64,000 bases of DNA, taken from assembly GCF_000143415.4 (NCBI RefSeq), contig NW_003314336.1, positions 570,830-634,829 of the forward strand, in the 5' to 3' direction. Below, piece after piece: positions 59,296-64,000 of this stretch. The notes under the pieces are model-generated. The model made no database searches. It was not told the origin of the DNA and was given only the letters and a program-made list of their open reading frames with translations. Made by a program: the position numbers and the translations under genes. Within the stretch, counting starts at the first letter, position 1; every line of letters begins with the position of its first letter. Source of the stretch: Selaginella moellendorffii. Taxonomy: Eukaryota > Plantae > Lycopodiophyta.

Positions 59296-62200
59296 TGTCA
59301 CAAATGTGACTTTGGGTATCAAAAGATGCTTGTCGGCCAGTTGTTACAGACACTCTCTCCTTACTCCCATGACAGTAGGAGGTTGGTACTGTTGGTTCCC
59401 TTTATGGTCTCCACTCAAGCTAGTTGAGAAACTGGTCATCATATGTACATTTGACCAAATGAGCATAAGAAAAGAATTCTTAAATGCTATTAATCTAGTA
59501 TACTTGATTTGATTAGAGAAACTCATTTGTTGACTTGCACTTGCTAGTGTTGGGAACCCTCACGATATTGAAGTTAGTCCCTTAATATTGTTACATGATA
59601 TTTTATTGTATCCCCCAGACACTCTCACTATCATGCTCTATACTATATGTTAGTTTTGTTCCAGATCTATATGCTATTTATATTAAGTGTTTAGATCTAT
59701 GTAAGAGGCATATCTATGGAATATAGAGAGTGTTTTGAACCCTATAGTGTTATTTTTGCTTCCAGATTTGTGATTTAGTGCCATTCCATATTTAGTCACA
59801 CTTGTCCTAGAGACTTACTCTTAGTACTAAGGGAGGCTTGGGGTGAAAGCTTAAAGCGTGTGTTCTTCATAAGGGGGTTTTAGGGGGTTCCAAATGTATA
59901 ATAGAGGTAGTGGTTGGAATGTATGTCTGACCATTTGAGATATTAGTTTAGCTTTCGTTGGGCTGTGTCACTCCTTGTTCTACGTTCAGCTTGGGTCTAA
60001 GCCCAAGCTCCACATTGCTTTAGTCAATGGGGTACTCCCTTCTTGTGTTAGGCCACCAGTATGCCTAAATCGTGCCAAACACCATTTAGCATACAAGTGT
60101 TGGATATGGGGAGTTGGTGCTTGTGGGATTATGAGTGTATTGGACCCTCATTTTATAGTGTAACAAGCTTAGAATTCAACTCCAAATTCATGTGTGCTAT
60201 ATTTGGTATCAAAGGAATTGTTTCAGTGATTCCTATCCAACTTTTGTCTAATTCTTTGACTTAAATTGCATATGCAATGACTTTTTTAGTGGATCCAAAA
60301 TGACTTATGTAGGATTAGCTTGGTTGCACCATTCAGTAAAAACATTGTATGTATGCTCAATTATTGATAAAGGCATGTATATAACTAGTGAGATGGTGAA
60401 AAGGAACTATGTTGAAACCTCTAGGTGAACAAATCAATAGGAGGAAACTTTTGCTAGAGATACTATAGAAGAGGTTGAGGTTGAGTCAAAAGAGGAAGAG
60501 CCAAATGTTGCAACACTGTAGTGTACGGCTTAAGAAGTTGAGATCAAGAATTTACGAAGGGAAGTTCTCAAATTGAAGAAGGAGAATAAGAAAAGAAAGA
60601 AAGAAGATTAAATAGCTAAACTAGCTAAACTTAAGCAATTAGACTCCTTTTCAAGTTTTGAGGACAATAAAGTTTTGCAATCGCCTTCGATTGTATGAGT
60701 TTCAAAGTTCAAGCCTCCAAAACCACCTAATTTCAGATGCATGCGAGACTATCAGGTTTTGGAAAACTGGGTCTATGATATGAAAAACTATTTTATAATG
60801 GCAGACGTAGATGATCGTATGAAAGTTGCGTATGCACAATCCTTTCTCATCAATTATGCCAAAACTTAGTGGCGCTAGGTGTGCGTTGAAAAAGGGCAAA
60901 CTAGAAATTGGACCAAGATGCATTCTCATATCCATAAGGAATACTTACTAGATGATATTGGTATAAGACTTTATGTGGAGCTGTGATAGTTAAAGTAGCA
61001 AGGGGACCTATACATTACATTAATACGTTTACTCAGAAGCGCATTATAATTGCAAATATGAGTGACAAAGGTCTTCAAAATTGTTTCCTAGAAGGTTTAA
61101 GTTCACTTTCTCACAATGAAATTTTGAAGATCATATCCAAGTGGAAAGAAAGAGTGGACTTGGTAGTGTTGAAGATACCAAATTTTTAGATAGTGTTTGG
61201 TATGGATTTCTTCAACAAATATGTCAAAGGGATTTATGGTGCTAGACAAAGTTGCATTATATTGAGGTCAGAAGGATGTTCCGATGTGTCCTTTCAATTG
61301 CAAAAGTACTCCTCAAAGAATTGGGATGCTAAGTTCCTAACTACGAGAGCCGCTAAAAAAGTAGTTGAGAGGGGATGTTGGACCTTTTGGGTTCAAGTGA
61401 TGGAAGTTGAGGGTGATGGTGACTTAGTTAAATGAGGCTTTTATTCACCAGAAAAACAAACTCTAGGCTGAGTTTCATTAAGGCACAAAACCAGCAAAGA
61501 GCCGTGACAGAAGTTTCATTGTGCACGAAACCAACAAACAGCAACAAAGGGGGTCTTCACGTGGAGGTACTTTGTAGAAAACTCATTGCAAACTTTTATC
61601 TCAAGCCATGGTCTTGAATAGAGCCAGGAGAAAGATGATGGGAGCTCCAAGGGCTCAGTTTTGAGAGTGGAGTTACTAAAGAACTTGTCTCTCCTGATCC
61701 CTAAACGGAGAAGCTCCAAGTGCCAAGGGGTCAGTCTGAGTTGCTCACAAGCTTGATGGCCCATGCTGTCACAATTGTGGAATTCAGGACCATCTGTCCA
61801 TCGGCGTCCACAATCACTCGTGAGTACTTCCCTCTCTTGATCCCCTCAAAGGGCATGCCTTACACCATCTTCTCCCTTGTCGAGTCTCTGAACTGAAGTG
61901 TATCTAACCATGAGGATTTCTTGAAACCTTGATGGTGACTCAGTGCAAATCGGTGACAGGGTTGATCTTGTACCAAAGGAGATATTGGAGTTGTTGATGT
62001 GGAATCAAGATATCTTTCGGAAGGATTTGCCACTAGGGCTACCTCCTAGTCGTGAGGTTGATTATTGAATTGAGGTTGTTCTGGGTTCTAAACCACCTAT
62101 AAAAGCTCTATATTGTTTGAACATCAAAGAAATAACTGAACTCAAGAAACAACTCAAGGAACTTCTTAACAAAGGTGAAGTGTAGGAAATGGCAAATTCC

Positions 62201-64000
62201 GCATTTTTACGTACNNNNNNNNNNNNNNNNNNNNNNNNNNNNNNNNNNNNNNNNNNNNNNNNNNNNNNNNNNNNNNNNNNNNNNNNNNNNNNNNNNNNNN
62301 NNNNNNNNNNNNNNNNNNNNNNNNNNNNNNNNNNNNNNNNNNNNNNNNNNNNNNNNNNNNNNNNNNNNNNNNNNNNNNNNNNNNNNNNGCGGCCTAGGTA
62401 TCATCAGATATGGGTGGCAGATCAGGATGTGGAGAAAACACCCTTTAAATCTCAGTACAGATCTTATGAATTCCTTATCATGCCATTTAGGTTACGTAAT
62501 GCCCTAGCAACATTCAACATGATGATGAATAGAATATTCAAATATTATTTGGACATATTTATTGTTCTATATATCGATGATGTTCTAGTCTTTAGTGAAA
62601 CATTGGAAGATCATTTGAAACACTTAGAGTTGGTATTTCAGAAGTTGTATGAACATAAATTGTATGCTAAAAAAAGTAAATGTGCTTTTGGACAATTGCA
62701 TGTCAACTTTCTTGGATATATAGTTGATGGTGGTGTAATTGAGGTGGATCCAAAGAAGGTGGAAGTAGTGAAGTCCTGGGAAGTCCCAACCACAGTTTCA
62801 GATGTTCATTCCTTTCTCGGTTTGGTGGGATTTTATCTCAAGTTTGTTCGCAATTTTGCAAGAATTGCTCTTTCATTGACTGAGTTAATGTAGAGTAGTA
62901 TAACATTTCTTTGGACACTAGCTTGTCAATGTGCTTTTGCATGGTTGAAGGAGATCTTGACTATGGTTTCTGTTCTCAAGATCCCAGATCTTGATAAACC
63001 CTTCGAAGTGCATTGTGATGTGTTTGGCTATGTTATTGGTGCCGTGTTGTAGGAAGATTGTGACAAAGTGGTTAGTGTTAACCTAAGGCGATATAGTTGT
63101 CTTACTGTGTTCTATTCTAAGAAATTGAATAAACCCAATGAAGATGGCCTACGCACAAGAAAGAGATGTTTGCTATAGTGTCAGTGTTAGAACACTGGAA
63201 ACAATATTTGGGTGGACATACCAAAGTTTATATAGATAGTAACACATTGAGCTACTTTGCTACATAGCCAAAGCTTATGCCAAAGCAAACTTGTTGGCAA
63301 GAGAAGCTTGCTAAATTTGATATTGAAATCATGTATAAACCTGGTAAACACAATATTATTCCAGATGCATTGAGTCATTAGGCTCAATTCCGGGCAATAT
63401 CAACAATCAGTTCAGACTAGTTAGAGGACGTTCAGACTTTGTATGGAAGTGATCCATTGGTGAAGGCAATCTTGCTCCATACGAAGTTGTTGAAGTAGAA
63501 CCCTAGTAGTGAAGTAGTGAAAGTTGCTAGTCATACCAATGTGAAGTTTCACTTAGTTTGGGATGGGCTTATTTTCCATAAGCAAGAAAGATTGTATCTT
63601 CCATCCAAGGATTTACGACAATTGTTTTTGCAAGAATATCATGATGTTCCAGTAGCGGGACATGGTGGAAAACAAAAAACTCTTGCTTCATTGAAAAAGG
63701 AATTTTTCTGGTTTGGTATGGAAGGTGATGTAGTGGATGATATCCATTCCTACCCTATATACTAGTAATATAAGCACAGAATTGAGAAGCAAGCTGGAAA
63801 GTTGTAGTGCATTCCAGCACTAGCATGGCCATTTCAAAGTGTGATACTTGACTTTGTCACTTGCTTGCCAAAGTTTAAAGGTTATGATATTTTGATAGTG
63901 GTTGTTGATCAGTTATCGAAGATTGCACACTTCATTCCAACTATGGAAACAGTGAATGTGAAGCAAGTAGAAAAGCTCTTTTTTCATGAAGTAATATGAG
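59296..64000 (+). mobile_element. Ty3/gypsy element: 5' LTR 59296-60201, PBS at 60204, decayed gag-PR-RT-RH-INT running off the window
   Basis: LTR homologous to those at 41760, 42739 and 53727. PBS TGGTATCAAAG. Motifs FGMDFF, YIDDVLVFS, FLGLVGFY, DALS, HDVPVAGHGG, VVVDQLSK. Confidence 0.88.
61429..61929 (-). mobile_element. ~500-bp retroposed fragment (5'-truncated LINE end or mRNA retrocopy)
   Basis: Flanked by a 15-bp near-identical duplication TGATGGTGACT(T/C)AGT at 61414-61428 and 61930-61944. The minus strand has an ORF end followed by a UTR with AATAAA. Confidence 0.7.

Overview
Repeat-rich plant nuclear DNA. The ~50-70 nt introns, the chromodomain-bearing Ty3/gypsy elements and the 5S-bearing TRIMs suggest a non-seed land plant, Selaginella-like (inference only). 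Most of the window is nested, decayed retroelements: Ty3/gypsy copies, non-coding LTR derivatives, Cassandra-type TRIMs and an L1/Tx1-type LINE with an 18-bp TSD. Two things stand out. (1) A 3.4-kb three-gene island at 16.5-19.9 kb holds a secreted multi-core peptide precursor (cores PLFY, PLLY, LFFY, LFIY, LLLY), a divergently transcribed TauD/clavaminate-synthase-like Fe(II)/2OG dioxygenase and a BURP-domain protein. This is the layout of a split burpitide (cyclopeptide-alkaloid-type RiPP) biosynthetic gene cluster, although this copy carries disabling lesions. (2) An 8-kb TIR DNA transposon at 27.55-35.50 kb has a Sola-like transposase remnant and a spliced cargo gene with a degenerate amino-methyltransferase-like C-terminus. 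It also carries about 12 dispersed copies of a 22-bp palindrome placed in its introns and intergenic DNA. All coordinates were read by eye and boundaries of degraded elements are approximate.
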